From IMG/VR virus record IMGVR_UViG_3300020598_000119: 64,000 nt of DNA; one strand, written 5' to 3'. The position numbers and the translations under genes are program-made. Of this stretch, positions 31,201-39,379 are shown piece after piece (the stretch's first letter is position 1; every line of letters begins with the position of its first letter). The notes under the pieces were generated by a model that ran no database searches, was not told where the DNA came from, and was given only the letters and a program-made list of their open reading frames with translations. The stretch comes from a virus (lineage: Duplodnaviria > Caudoviricetes).

Positions 31201-33171
31201 ATGCTTAAATCGATACTAGCTGCAGCACTCATTTCGACGTCACTGAGTTCAGTTGCATACGCTGACACGAAAGGCCCCATCCGATCCGTAACTCTCTCTT
31301 CGGGAGGTCTCGCAGAAATTCACAGAACGGCCTCCATCAAGGATGATGGAAAAATCCTCATTGAAGTTCCCCTTGATCAGGTCGACGACATTTTGAAAAG
31401 CCTGATCGTGAAGGACAGGGAGGGGACCGTGAAGGGGATTTCTCTCGCTGGTCCACAGCCAGTCGAAGAAACATTCCGGACACTACCGTTCTCAGCTGGA
31501 GACCTGCAGAGCCTTCCACAGTTGCTCTCCAACCTTCAGGGAGCCAAGGTGTCTGTCACATCATCCGGCCAGGCGCTTCAAGGCAAAGTTCTTGGTGTGT
31601 CCTCAAAGCAGAGTGAGGAACGAGGCGTTCAATATGTTCTCAGCTTGCTGACCACGACAGGAAAGTTGACCAGCATGCCGCTGGATAGTTCGACAGAAGT
31701 CACCATAGAAGACCCAGACATTCAGGCCAAAATCGCTGCCGCAGTTGATGCAGCAGGGAAGAGGAAGTCAGACGGTTCACGCGTTATTGCCATCGAAATG
31801 GGTGGCAAAGGCAACCGTGACATCGATGTTTCCTACGTCGTCTCGGCCCCTGTTTGGAAAACGGCATATCGAGTGGTGGTCGAGGACGACAAGAAGGCTC
31901 GCATTCAGTCCTGGGCCATACTTGAAAACGCCAGCGGTGAAGACTGGAAGGACGTCTCGATCACCCTGTCGTCAGGCGCTCCTGTAACACTCAAACAGCG
32001 TCTCCACCAACGTATCTGGAAAGATCGCGCCGATGTCGCCATCAGCACAGCAGCAAACGCAGCCCCAAGGATGGATCGAGGTGAACTAGCGAGGCGTAAT
32101 AGCGCCAGCATAGGTGCAAAAGCGGCGATGGCCCCGATGCCGACCATGCAAGCGGCCGGAGCAATGGCCTTTGGTGCTGAAGTCGCAAGCTATGATATGG
32201 CGAAGGCCGAAGTCTCCGATGCGGTCGAAAACGACATCTCGACCTCGTTCACCATCAAAGGATCGCACGATGTCACGAACGGCGACACGCTTTCAGTACC
32301 TATCATTGACCAGGACGTCGATGCAGAAGTCGTGTCCGTTTACACGCTACATCAGTCGTCGGAAAATCCCGTCGCTGCTATCAGTTTCAAGAACTCGACG
32401 GGCGCTGGTCTGCCAGCGGGCATCCTAACAGTCTATGACAAGCACAACGGCTATGTGGGCGATGCACAACTGCCCAGCCTTGCTCCTGATGAAACCAGGT
32501 TTGCAAGCTTTGCCACCGACAAGAAAGTGACTGTCACCCCCGACGCGAAGAACGGTCGAACCATCCGATCCATCAAAGTCGTCGACGGAGTGATCACGAC
32601 GTCAGGCGTCATGAGAAATTCGACCACTTACACAATCTCAACGGCACCAGATGCAGAACGAGCCGTAATCATCGAGCATCCGAAATTGAACGGCTGGAAG
32701 TTCATTTCAGACGCCAACGTGACTGAAACGACGACCCATTATCGCATAAAAGTCAAAGCGCCAGCAGGAGAGCGCACAACAGTCAACGTCGTGGATGAGA
32801 TGCCCCTCGACGAGAGCTACACTGTCGGCGACATCAACTCCTCGATGATTGCGATGTGGGCCAACGACACCACTGACGAAACTTTGAAGGCAAAGCTCGA
32901 AGAATTAGCTGACCTCAAACAGAAGCAGATGACCGCTCAGTTTAGAGTAGAGGACCTAAACAGACAGATCGACCTCGTCTACAAGCAGCAGGACCGCATT
33001 CGCCAAAACCTGTCAGCAGTGCCGACAACAAGCGACATACATAAGAAGTATCTCCAGGCCTTGGAAGATTCAGAGGTCGCCCTCAAGAAACTCGAAGCGG
33101 ACTCAGAGGAGAGCATACAGACATTAAATCGCTGGAAGGCAACAGTAGATGACGTCGTGAGAACCTTATGA
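31201..33171 (+). CDS. DUF4139-domain exported protein
   Basis: Signal peptide, IRSVTLSSGGLAE, P.WK..YR, EN.SGEDW.DV, C-terminal coiled coil. Confidence 0.8.
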   Translation: MLKSILAAALISTSLSSVAYADTKGPIRSVTLSSGGLAEIHRTASIKDDGKILIEVPLDQVDDILKSLIVKDREGTVKGISLAGPQPVEETFRTLPFSAGDLQSLPQLLSNLQGAKVSVTSSGQALQGKVLGVSSKQSEERGVQYVLSLLTTTGKLTSMPLDSSTEVTIEDPDIQAKIAAAVDAAGKRKSDGSRVIAIEMGGKGNRDIDVSYVVSAPVWKTAYRVVVEDDKKARIQSWAILENASGEDWKDVSITLSSGAPVTLKQRLHQRIWKDRADVAISTAANAAPRMDRGELARRNSASIGAKAAMAPMPTMQAAGAMAFGAEVASYDMAKAEVSDAVENDISTSFTIKGSHDVTNGDTLSVPIIDQDVDAEVVSVYTLHQSSENPVAAISFKNSTGAGLPAGILTVYDKHNGYVGDAQLPSLAPDETRFASFATDKKVTVTPDAKNGRTIRSIKVVDGVITTSGVMRNSTTYTISTAPDAERAVIIEHPKLNGWKFISDANVTETTTHYRIKVKAPAGERTTVNVVDEMPLDESYTVGDINSSMIAMWANDTTDETLKAKLEELADLKQKQMTAQFRVEDLNRQIDLVYKQQDRIRQNLSAVPTTSDIHKKYLQALEDSEVALKKLEADSEESIQTLNRWKATVDDVVRTL

Positions 33172-33292
33172 ATTGATGCTTGCGTGCCAGCAAACCAATA
33201 TGAAGGCATGACCAAAGGAGTGTTGTGTCTTCATTATTGAGCCGAGCAACAGAAAACCCGTATCGCTACACAACATTCCTCTGTCTCTACTG

Positions 33293-33802
33293 ATGGAGCC
33301 AGAAAACGCGTCTAGCCATGAGGAGGAGATGCTGAAGCTTGCTCTGTGTGGAAAGACCTGGAACGGCAAAGCCCTTCACAATCCGCTCGAACTACTCAGA
33401 AAGCACGCCAATCGGACCTTTAAAATGCGGCACAGGTTCAATGTTTCCTCAGAAAGTGGATACGTCTGGATCAGCCCAAAAGAGCCGGATGAAGAAGGGA
33501 TTATCGCCATCTATGAAAAGGGATCTAGAGCATTTGTCGGTGGCATCAGCAAGAATTGGATCGCTGTTGACGAAGCGCACCACGGAGCTGGCCTCGGAGC
33601 CGAATTATTCATTCGAGCGTTCGACGCGATGATCAAACATCCAGATACCATGAACGTAGGGCACAAGCTGACAAAAGCGGGTCGTGCATGCCTTATGAAG
33701 GCTCACAAGATCGCGATACAACGCGCTATCGACAGCGGCCTCGAAGTACCAGGCGAAGTCCTCGTAGATTACCCAGAATTCACCGTTAGCCCATCAATTT
33801 GA
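33293..33802 (+). CDS. Putative GNAT-fold protein
   Basis: IAVDEAHHGAGLGAEL acetyl-CoA-binding-like motif A, T.AG.A. Confidence 0.55.
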   Translation: MEPENASSHEEEMLKLALCGKTWNGKALHNPLELLRKHANRTFKMRHRFNVSSESGYVWISPKEPDEEGIIAIYEKGSRAFVGGISKNWIAVDEAHHGAGLGAELFIRAFDAMIKHPDTMNVGHKLTKAGRACLMKAHKIAIQRAIDSGLEVPGEVLVDYPEFTVSPSI

Positions 33803-35491
33803 CTCGCGGTCTGGACGCGGAGTCGGAACGGGTATGTTCTCCAAGGTGATGTTTTCGGCTTCCATGGCCGCCTGTTCAACCACAGGTGCGATTGCAGCCT
33901 TTGCAATCTTAGTGTTCTCGTAAAGGACTGGAGCAGGCAGGTGGGACACTATGAGGTTCCAAGGGCCTATCGAACCAAGACCACGGCCAAGCTTCGAAAA
34001 TTCCGGCTGTATCGCTATTGCGCCGTGCATCAGATGAGCAACTGGGGCACCGCTCTTTATCTGAGCGAAAGCGGCGTTCGAGGTGACTACGTTGCCAGAC
34101 ATGCCCATGAATATGAAGGCACTAGCCATGACTGAGAAACCGAGGGCGTGGCGAACACCAGTGTTTATGAACTGAAGCTTCGTCCGGCCAGCCAAAATCT
34201 GTATGAGATAGGTCGAGAACTTATATATGTGCAACATCGCGCCAGCTATCGAAAGCAGGATTGCCATCACCGGAACTTGGATCATTTTCACTGCATTGGT
34301 CCCGAGCTTCTCGAACTCGTTGCCATTCGCGAACTGCGTGGCAGGGGCATCAAACGCACGAGCAAAAATGTCGGCATTACTGGAAGCAAGCGGCTCATAG
34401 ACCAGCTTTGAAAAATCTGCATCGGACATCGTATCGCCCAGAGGGATGGATGACTTCGGAAGCTTGAACACCGAGCGAAGCTTGTTGTGAACGGCGGGAT
34501 GGCTGAAGAATTCCTCAAACCCGAGGTCGGGGTCTATGACAGAACCAAACTGTTCTCGTATGCCCTTATCAAAAGATGCCCTAACTTCGACCTTGTACTT
34601 CTTGCCGAATTCATGGGCGAACACATCGCGATCAAGCGGGTTCTGCTTGTTCGTAAAGTGCAGGCCGTGTTTGCGGAATTCAGTACGAGCAACCTCAGCC
34701 TTCTTTTCCTTGTCATACCAGTACCACAAGCCATTCGCCTTCTTCCGAGCAGCGTCTTCGAACTTGCTTACGGCCCTGTTGGCTTCGCGGTTCAATTCCT
34801 GAAGAGCTTCGTGATACTTGCCAACAGCAACTTGGTACTGAGCATATATCTCTTTAGATACGGTGCGGCTCTCAGTGGAGAATTGCTTGCGGCCGTCCTC
34901 TAGGCTGCCAAGCGCACGATAAGCTTCCTCACGTATCATGTCCTTACGAGCGACGTTCGACATTTCAAACAGCTCGTCAGCGGATGCTCCAAGCGAAGGT
35001 ATTGCAGACACAAACGTAAGCCAGTCACTAGTGTCGGTCATAGCGATATCGCCAACGCCGTTCTGAGCTATCTGACGTTTTATAACATTCGTCTGAAATG
35101 CAACGCGGCGCTGCTCAGGCGTGCTGGAGGCACCCAGATAGTCGGCAATGTAGTTCAGAGCGTTAAACGTGCCGCCAATTGATAGCGACGTCCAAACGGC
35201 AATCCAGAAAGCGTTGCGAAACTTGGAACGCCTGAAGTTCATACGAGGAAGAACAATTGCGCCCACAACAAAGATTGCGACCGCGCAACCAGTCAGAATG
35301 CGACCAAAAAACTCTATGTCATCGATGTCCGATAACGAAGGGTTACCACCCATGAATTCGATCAAATGAACAGAGAAAGGCACTTCAATAGTCAGATATG
35401 CTAAGGTAACGGCCAGCATTACATAGACATATACGGGAACTTTCTTGTTCGAGGTTGAGAAATTCAAAATCAGCTCCTTTAATGGGGCCAA
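33794..35491 (-). CDS. Hypothetical membrane protein
   Basis: 565 aa; N- and C-terminal TM clusters flank a large soluble domain. Confidence 0.75.
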   Translation of the reverse strand: MAPLKELILNFSTSNKKVPVYVYVMLAVTLAYLTIEVPFSVHLIEFMGGNPSLSDIDDIEFFGRILTGCAVAIFVVGAIVLPRMNFRRSKFRNAFWIAVWTSLSIGGTFNALNYIADYLGASSTPEQRRVAFQTNVIKRQIAQNGVGDIAMTDTSDWLTFVSAIPSLGASADELFEMSNVARKDMIREEAYRALGSLEDGRKQFSTESRTVSKEIYAQYQVAVGKYHEALQELNREANRAVSKFEDAARKKANGLWYWYDKEKKAEVARTEFRKHGLHFTNKQNPLDRDVFAHEFGKKYKVEVRASFDKGIREQFGSVIDPDLGFEEFFSHPAVHNKLRSVFKLPKSSIPLGDTMSDADFSKLVYEPLASSNADIFARAFDAPATQFANGNEFEKLGTNAVKMIQVPVMAILLSIAGAMLHIYKFSTYLIQILAGRTKLQFINTGVRHALGFSVMASAFIFMGMSGNVVTSNAAFAQIKSGAPVAHLMHGAIAIQPEFSKLGRGLGSIGPWNLIVSHLPAPVLYENTKIAKAAIAPVVEQAAMEAENITLENIPVPTPRPDRESN

Positions 35492-35582
35492 TATTATCCA
35501 GGTTCAAGAATTATGCAACAATAAAAATTGACAAGTTCAATAAAAATATAGGCTTATCAGGGGTTCACGGGCGTTCAGAAAA

Positions 35583-35948
35583 CTAGATACAGGGCTGAAT
35601 ACCGAGCCTGCTCTCGTCGTACACTTCTGCTCTTTGAAGGAGAGCGCTACCGGAAGCGGGGTCATTAATAGCCGAGTTAAGGGCACAAACAGAATCCTCG
35701 GTAGCCTCAAAACAAAGAATGGAGAAATCTGCGCTCAATCCGGCGTCAGATGAGGCATTTTTCGCAAAGTCTTCAAACACCTGCATGATACGAGCGACGT
35801 TAGTTACATCGCCATGTGCGATCATCTGGTTAGCAGAGTTGTCCCATCCGATAGACAATAAATCGCCAATATGGCAGATGTAATCCTGTTTGCCACTCGG
35901 TCTATTCTTCACAACTAAGTCGCCAATAATCTCATAATCTGTAGACAT
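35583..35948 (-). CDS. Hypothetical protein
   Basis: 121-aa ORF filling an intergenic gap. Confidence 0.65.
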   Translation of the reverse strand: MSTDYEIIGDLVVKNRPSGKQDYICHIGDLLSIGWDNSANQMIAHGDVTNVARIMQVFEDFAKNASSDAGLSADFSILCFEATEDSVCALNSAINDPASGSALLQRAEVYDESRLGIQPCI

Positions 35949-36093
35949 GTAGATACTGCCTTACTTTTCTAATTAAGGAAAATAATGCCGAGCTTTCTTG
36001 AAAAACAAAAGGGAAATCATATCCTCGCGTGAATATATAGAATACCTACATCACAGTCAGAAAGACAAAGACCGAGGCCCATTCTGCTTTCTC

Positions 36094-36396
36094 TCAATCT
36101 TCGAACGGATAAATGTCCAAGTCGCAAAAGCTGACACCAAGAGGGTTTGGAGACGGCAAGGGAATGTTCTTTCCTGCTCTAGACGAATAGACATACTCAG
36201 GAATCGGACGCATGGGCTTACTGTCGGCAGGAGCTATCGTCGTTCCTGGTATCATCTCAAGGGCGTCCCGAGAGACATTGCCAGACGGAACAGCTCGCAA
36301 AGATTCCACGCGAGTAATGGTGATCTTGTGTTGCGCTAAAACTGGGGAAGAAGAAGCCACCAATGAAGCCACAATAAGAACAAGCTTAGCGAGCAT
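36094..36396 (-). CDS. Small exported hypothetical protein
   Basis: Signal peptide MLAKLVLIVASLVASSSPVLA; SD GGAGG; coupled to the upstream gene. Confidence 0.55.
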   Translation of the reverse strand: MLAKLVLIVASLVASSSPVLAQHKITITRVESLRAVPSGNVSRDALEMIPGTTIAPADSKPMRPIPEYVYSSRAGKNIPLPSPNPLGVSFCDLDIYPFED

Positions 36397-36913
36397 TCCC
36401 GCGAACCTCCAAAATTGCATAGTCAACAACAGCCTTGAGATAGCGAACGCCAACAAGCGCTCGACCGCGAGAAGGCATGCTCTCTTGAACGGCATCGAAA
36501 ATCTCATAAGCCCGCTCTGCTTCGATTCCCAAAAAACCGAGCAACCGTCCGACGCTTTCGATTTCATAATCACGCTTCACATCAGCCGCTCGATGAAGCT
36601 CATCGAGCCAATCGGAATCAGCCTCTGGGGAGTCCGAAAAGACTTTCTTTCCTTTGAAGGACTGATTGAGCCGAGCAGCAACCCTAACCGGGTGCAGACC
36701 TTTCATCGTAAGCGTCTGCACTGACAAGCCATGCATCGCTTCAGCATCGACATCCCATCGGGTCATATCCCAATGTTTCGACGGATCGATAATTAGGTGT
36801 CCAAAAACATCATCAACCAGCCAACCGACCTCGACTGGAAATGAACCCTTCATCAGGCCGCTGGCTTCAACATCAATTAGAGCCGACTTTTTCCAAATAT
36901 CTGGAACGGACAT
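36386..36913 (-). CDS. DEDD-type 3'-5' exonuclease-like protein
   Basis: IDVEASG..PVEVGW, HGL, SDSPEAD; C-terminal H..D motif degenerate (GRALVG). Confidence 0.65.
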   Translation of the reverse strand: MSVPDIWKKSALIDVEASGLMKGSFPVEVGWLVDDVFGHLIIDPSKHWDMTRWDVDAEAMHGLSVQTLTMKGLHPVRVAARLNQSFKGKKVFSDSPEADSDWLDELHRAADVKRDYEIESVGRLLGFLGIEAERAYEIFDAVQESMPSRGRALVGVRYLKAVVDYAILEVRGNAR

Positions 36914-37035
36914 TCGCAGCCTACCTATTCACCCTCCAAAAAAATGGAGAAAAATGTTGAACAACTGATATTCTGCGATAATAAATTACGGAAAAATCAT
37001 CCGCAAACGAAAAGAGAAAATATTCGAGAAAGTAC

Positions 37036-37335
37036 CTACATCTTCATCGTTGGCGCTTCCTCAATATCTTCAACTTCTGGCTCCCTCCCCATCCATACGG
37101 TAGTGGCCAAAATGCGATCTTCATTGGAAGGATCAAGCGCTTCATTCGAAGCCCAATCCAAAAACTCAGAGTAGCCGCTACCGTGGGGTGGAGGAGGTGC
37201 CGAACGGCCAAACCACTTCGAACTCCGCTTTGCCTCTTGCTTAGGAGCGGATGTAGCCAACGAACGAGACGAAGACGTCATCTCATCGGTATCCTCCGGC
37301 TTAGTTCCAGGTCGTCTAAGTTTAAGCGCCATCAC
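37036..37335 (-). CDS. Small hypothetical protein
   Basis: Coupled to the CCA gene; ends EDIEEAPTMKM. Confidence 0.6.
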   Translation of the reverse strand: MMALKLRRPGTKPEDTDEMTSSSRSLATSAPKQEAKRSSKWFGRSAPPPPHGSGYSEFLDWASNEALDPSNEDRILATTVWMGREPEVEDIEEAPTMKM

Positions 37336-38498
37336 AACCTCCTAGCAGCGGGACCGCCATTCATAATCTCAGTGATCAGTTCCTCTTTTGAGAGCGTAAA
37401 GCCGGAGTCGATCCACTTGACCTTGGCCTCGTTCAGAGCCGCGCCCATGCCAGGACCCTTGTCCACGACACCTACGAGATCACGGCCCTTAAGGGGGAAG
37501 ACCGGAATATCGCCAGCCAACGCCTTTGCGGCCGCGTGAGCGCCAAGCGCAGAAAGAATTGGACAGGCGACAGCAGGATCAAGTCCATTCACTGCCTGAG
37601 TCAGCCAGTAGTGAGGGTCGCACTCAGCTGCAGCGAGGACCTGAGCTGCAGCAACAGCGTCCTTCAGCTCGGCATTCGACAATTTCCAGCGAGTTCCAAG
37701 CTCTTCGGCATAACTCTCATGCCCTGAGAGGATGCCCAACATCACCGATGGCCGCGCGCCGAACTCTCTGGCATCGGAAGCAATCCCGATATGTTCCTCG
37801 TCAATCGGCAGACCAATGACCTGGGCAACGCCCAAGGACGCCATCGGCCGCAGCTGCTTCGTGCCATTCGAATGCTGCAAGACCTTTGATATTTCGCTCC
37901 AGACACGCTCGACCGAGATACCGGAAAGCCCATGAGCGGTATCTTTAATCGCCTGCAGGTCATGCTCGGTCTCTTCGCCACCAAAACGAGCACGAAAACG
38001 AAAGAAGCGCAGGATGCGCAGGTAGTCCTCTTCAATACGCTCGCGCGCATTGCCGACAAATCTTACGCGCCCTTCATTGAGATCCTTCAAGCCGCCAAAA
38101 TAGTCATGCACCTGCCCGTCGAGAGAGGCCGACATCGCGTTGAAGGTGAAATCGCGTCGAGCCGCATCTTCCGCGAAGTCAGTGACATACTCCACAGTTG
38201 CATGACGTCCATCGGTCTCAACGTCTTTCCGGAGCGTCGTGACTTCATAGCCAACGTCCTCATACATGAGGGTGACGGTACCATGTTGCAGACCAGTCGG
38301 AATAACCCGATAGCCCTTACGCTCAGCCAGTTCCATTACGACCTCGGGCAGAGCGTCTGTAGCAAGGTCCATATCTTTCGGTTGCATACCGACAACCATG
38401 TCACGCACGGCACCTCCGACCAGGCGGGACTGAAACCCGCCTGCTGAAAGGAGATGACCAATTGCATGGATGCCACGATCCGTTATGGAGATTTTCAT
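37332..38498 (-). CDS. cca: CCA-adding tRNA nucleotidyltransferase
   Basis: VGGAVRD..DMDLAT, HGT, EVTTLR, RRDFTFNA, EDYLRILR; start after SD GAGG. Confidence 0.93.
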   Translation of the reverse strand: MKISITDRGIHAIGHLLSAGGFQSRLVGGAVRDMVVGMQPKDMDLATDALPEVVMELAERKGYRVIPTGLQHGTVTLMYEDVGYEVTTLRKDVETDGRHATVEYVTDFAEDAARRDFTFNAMSASLDGQVHDYFGGLKDLNEGRVRFVGNARERIEEDYLRILRFFRFRARFGGEETEHDLQAIKDTAHGLSGISVERVWSEISKVLQHSNGTKQLRPMASLGVAQVIGLPIDEEHIGIASDAREFGARPSVMLGILSGHESYAEELGTRWKLSNAELKDAVAAAQVLAAAECDPHYWLTQAVNGLDPAVACPILSALGAHAAAKALAGDIPVFPLKGRDLVGVVDKGPGMGAALNEAKVKWIDSGFTLSKEELITEIMNGGPAARRL

Positions 38499-38569
38499 GT
38501 TCACCTCAAATTGCTTATGTCGAATGTAACCGAACATGACGAAATTACCTACGGCCAAAGATGCGATCC

Positions 38570-38598
38570 TTGACTGAGGCGGCGACATTTACTAAACA
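38570..38598 (+). promoter_or_regulatory. Putative sigma70 promoter P1 of the Glu/Asp leader
   Basis: cTTGACT-N17-TAAACA. Confidence 0.55.
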
Positions 38599-38622
38599 CT
38601 AATAGAAACCTTGGAGTTAAAC

Positions 38623-38688
38623 ATGAACGGCATGCAGCACATTCTGCGCACTGAAGAACGTCGGGAGGACGATACCACCCGGCGGTAG
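38623..38688 (+). CDS. Putative attenuator leader peptide MNGMQHILRTEERREDDTTRR (Glu/Asp sensor)
   Basis: SD GGAG; GAA GAA..GAG GAC GAT codons match downstream tRNA-Glu(TTC), Glu(CTC) and Asp(GTC). Confidence 0.72.
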   Translation: MNGMQHILRTEERREDDTTRR

Positions 38689-38747
38689 CCGTTTATCGGC
38701 GGCCGTCAAGCACGCGGCCGCTCAAAAAGATATCTGAATTCTTTTTT

Positions 38748-38777
38748 AGGGGTCGCATTTGCGGCCCCTTTTATTTT
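38748..38777 (+). terminator. Attenuator terminator upstream of the Glu/Asp tRNAs
   Basis: AGGGGTCGC-ATTT-GCGGCCCCT-TTTATTTT. Confidence 0.8.
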
Positions 38778-38820
38778 CTAGGTTCAAACCTGAAACCATC
38801 CAACCAGAAAGGAGAAAACG

Positions 38821-38913
38821 ATGCCGAAAGGCGACGACGATAGCGAAGAACGAGAACGTGACGAAACCAAATTGCGAGCGAATTTCAACGAGGCCAAAGG
38901 CAGCGAACGATAG
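38821..38913 (+). CDS. Second short D/E-rich ORF MPKGDDDSEERERDETKLRANFNEAKGSER
   Basis: Strong SD AAGGAG; 10 of 30 codons are Asp/Glu. Confidence 0.5.
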   Translation: MPKGDDDSEERERDETKLRANFNEAKGSER

Positions 38914-38929
38914 CCCATATTCATAAAGC

Positions 38930-38997
38930 TAAGCCTTTGAAATAATTATCTTTTTTTGATTTTAATGGTTGACGCCGATTTTAAGGTGTGTCATATA
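38930..38997 (+). promoter_or_regulatory. tRNA promoter cassette P2
   Basis: TAAGCCTTTGAAA starts 39 bp before TTGACG-N17-CATATA, with T-tracts between. Confidence 0.7.
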
Positions 38998-39055
38998 TGA
39001 GTTCATCAAGAACGGACGAGCTGACAGACAAAATCAGCAAGATCGAAATTGATAA

Positions 39056-39127
39056 GCCGCCATCTTCTAGTGGTTAGGATGCTGCCCTCTCAAGGCGGTG
39101 ACGCGAGTTCGAACCTCGCTGGCGGTA
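39056..39127 (+). tRNA. tRNA-Glu(CTC), no encoded CCA
   Basis: GCCGCCA/TGGCGGT acceptor; CTGCC-CTCTCAA-GGCGG; one nt separates it from the next tRNA. Confidence 0.9.
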
Positions 39128-39128
39128 C

Positions 39129-39205
39129 GGTGATGTAGCTCAGTGGGTTAGAGCACCTGACTGTCGATCAGGGTGTCGTGGGTTCGAGTCCCATCATTGC
39201 CGCCA
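39129..39205 (+). tRNA. tRNA-Asp(GTC)
   Basis: CCTGA-CTGTCGA-TCAGG; G73; CCA. Confidence 0.92.
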
Positions 39206-39208
39206 CGT

Positions 39209-39283
39209 GTCGCTGTCGTCTAATGGTTAGGACGTCTGATTTTCAATCAGAAAATGGGAGTTCGATTCTCCTCAGCGGTACCA
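39209..39283 (+). tRNA. tRNA-Glu(TTC)
   Basis: TCTGA-TTTTCAA-TCAGA; CCA. Confidence 0.92.
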
Positions 39284-39379
39284 CTTTACCATAATCCCAC
39301 AGACCACTGGCCCCGCCGCGCAAGCGGATAAACTTCGTTCTGCTCCCTTAAAAGAAAAAGGCCCCAAAGGGCCTTAATC

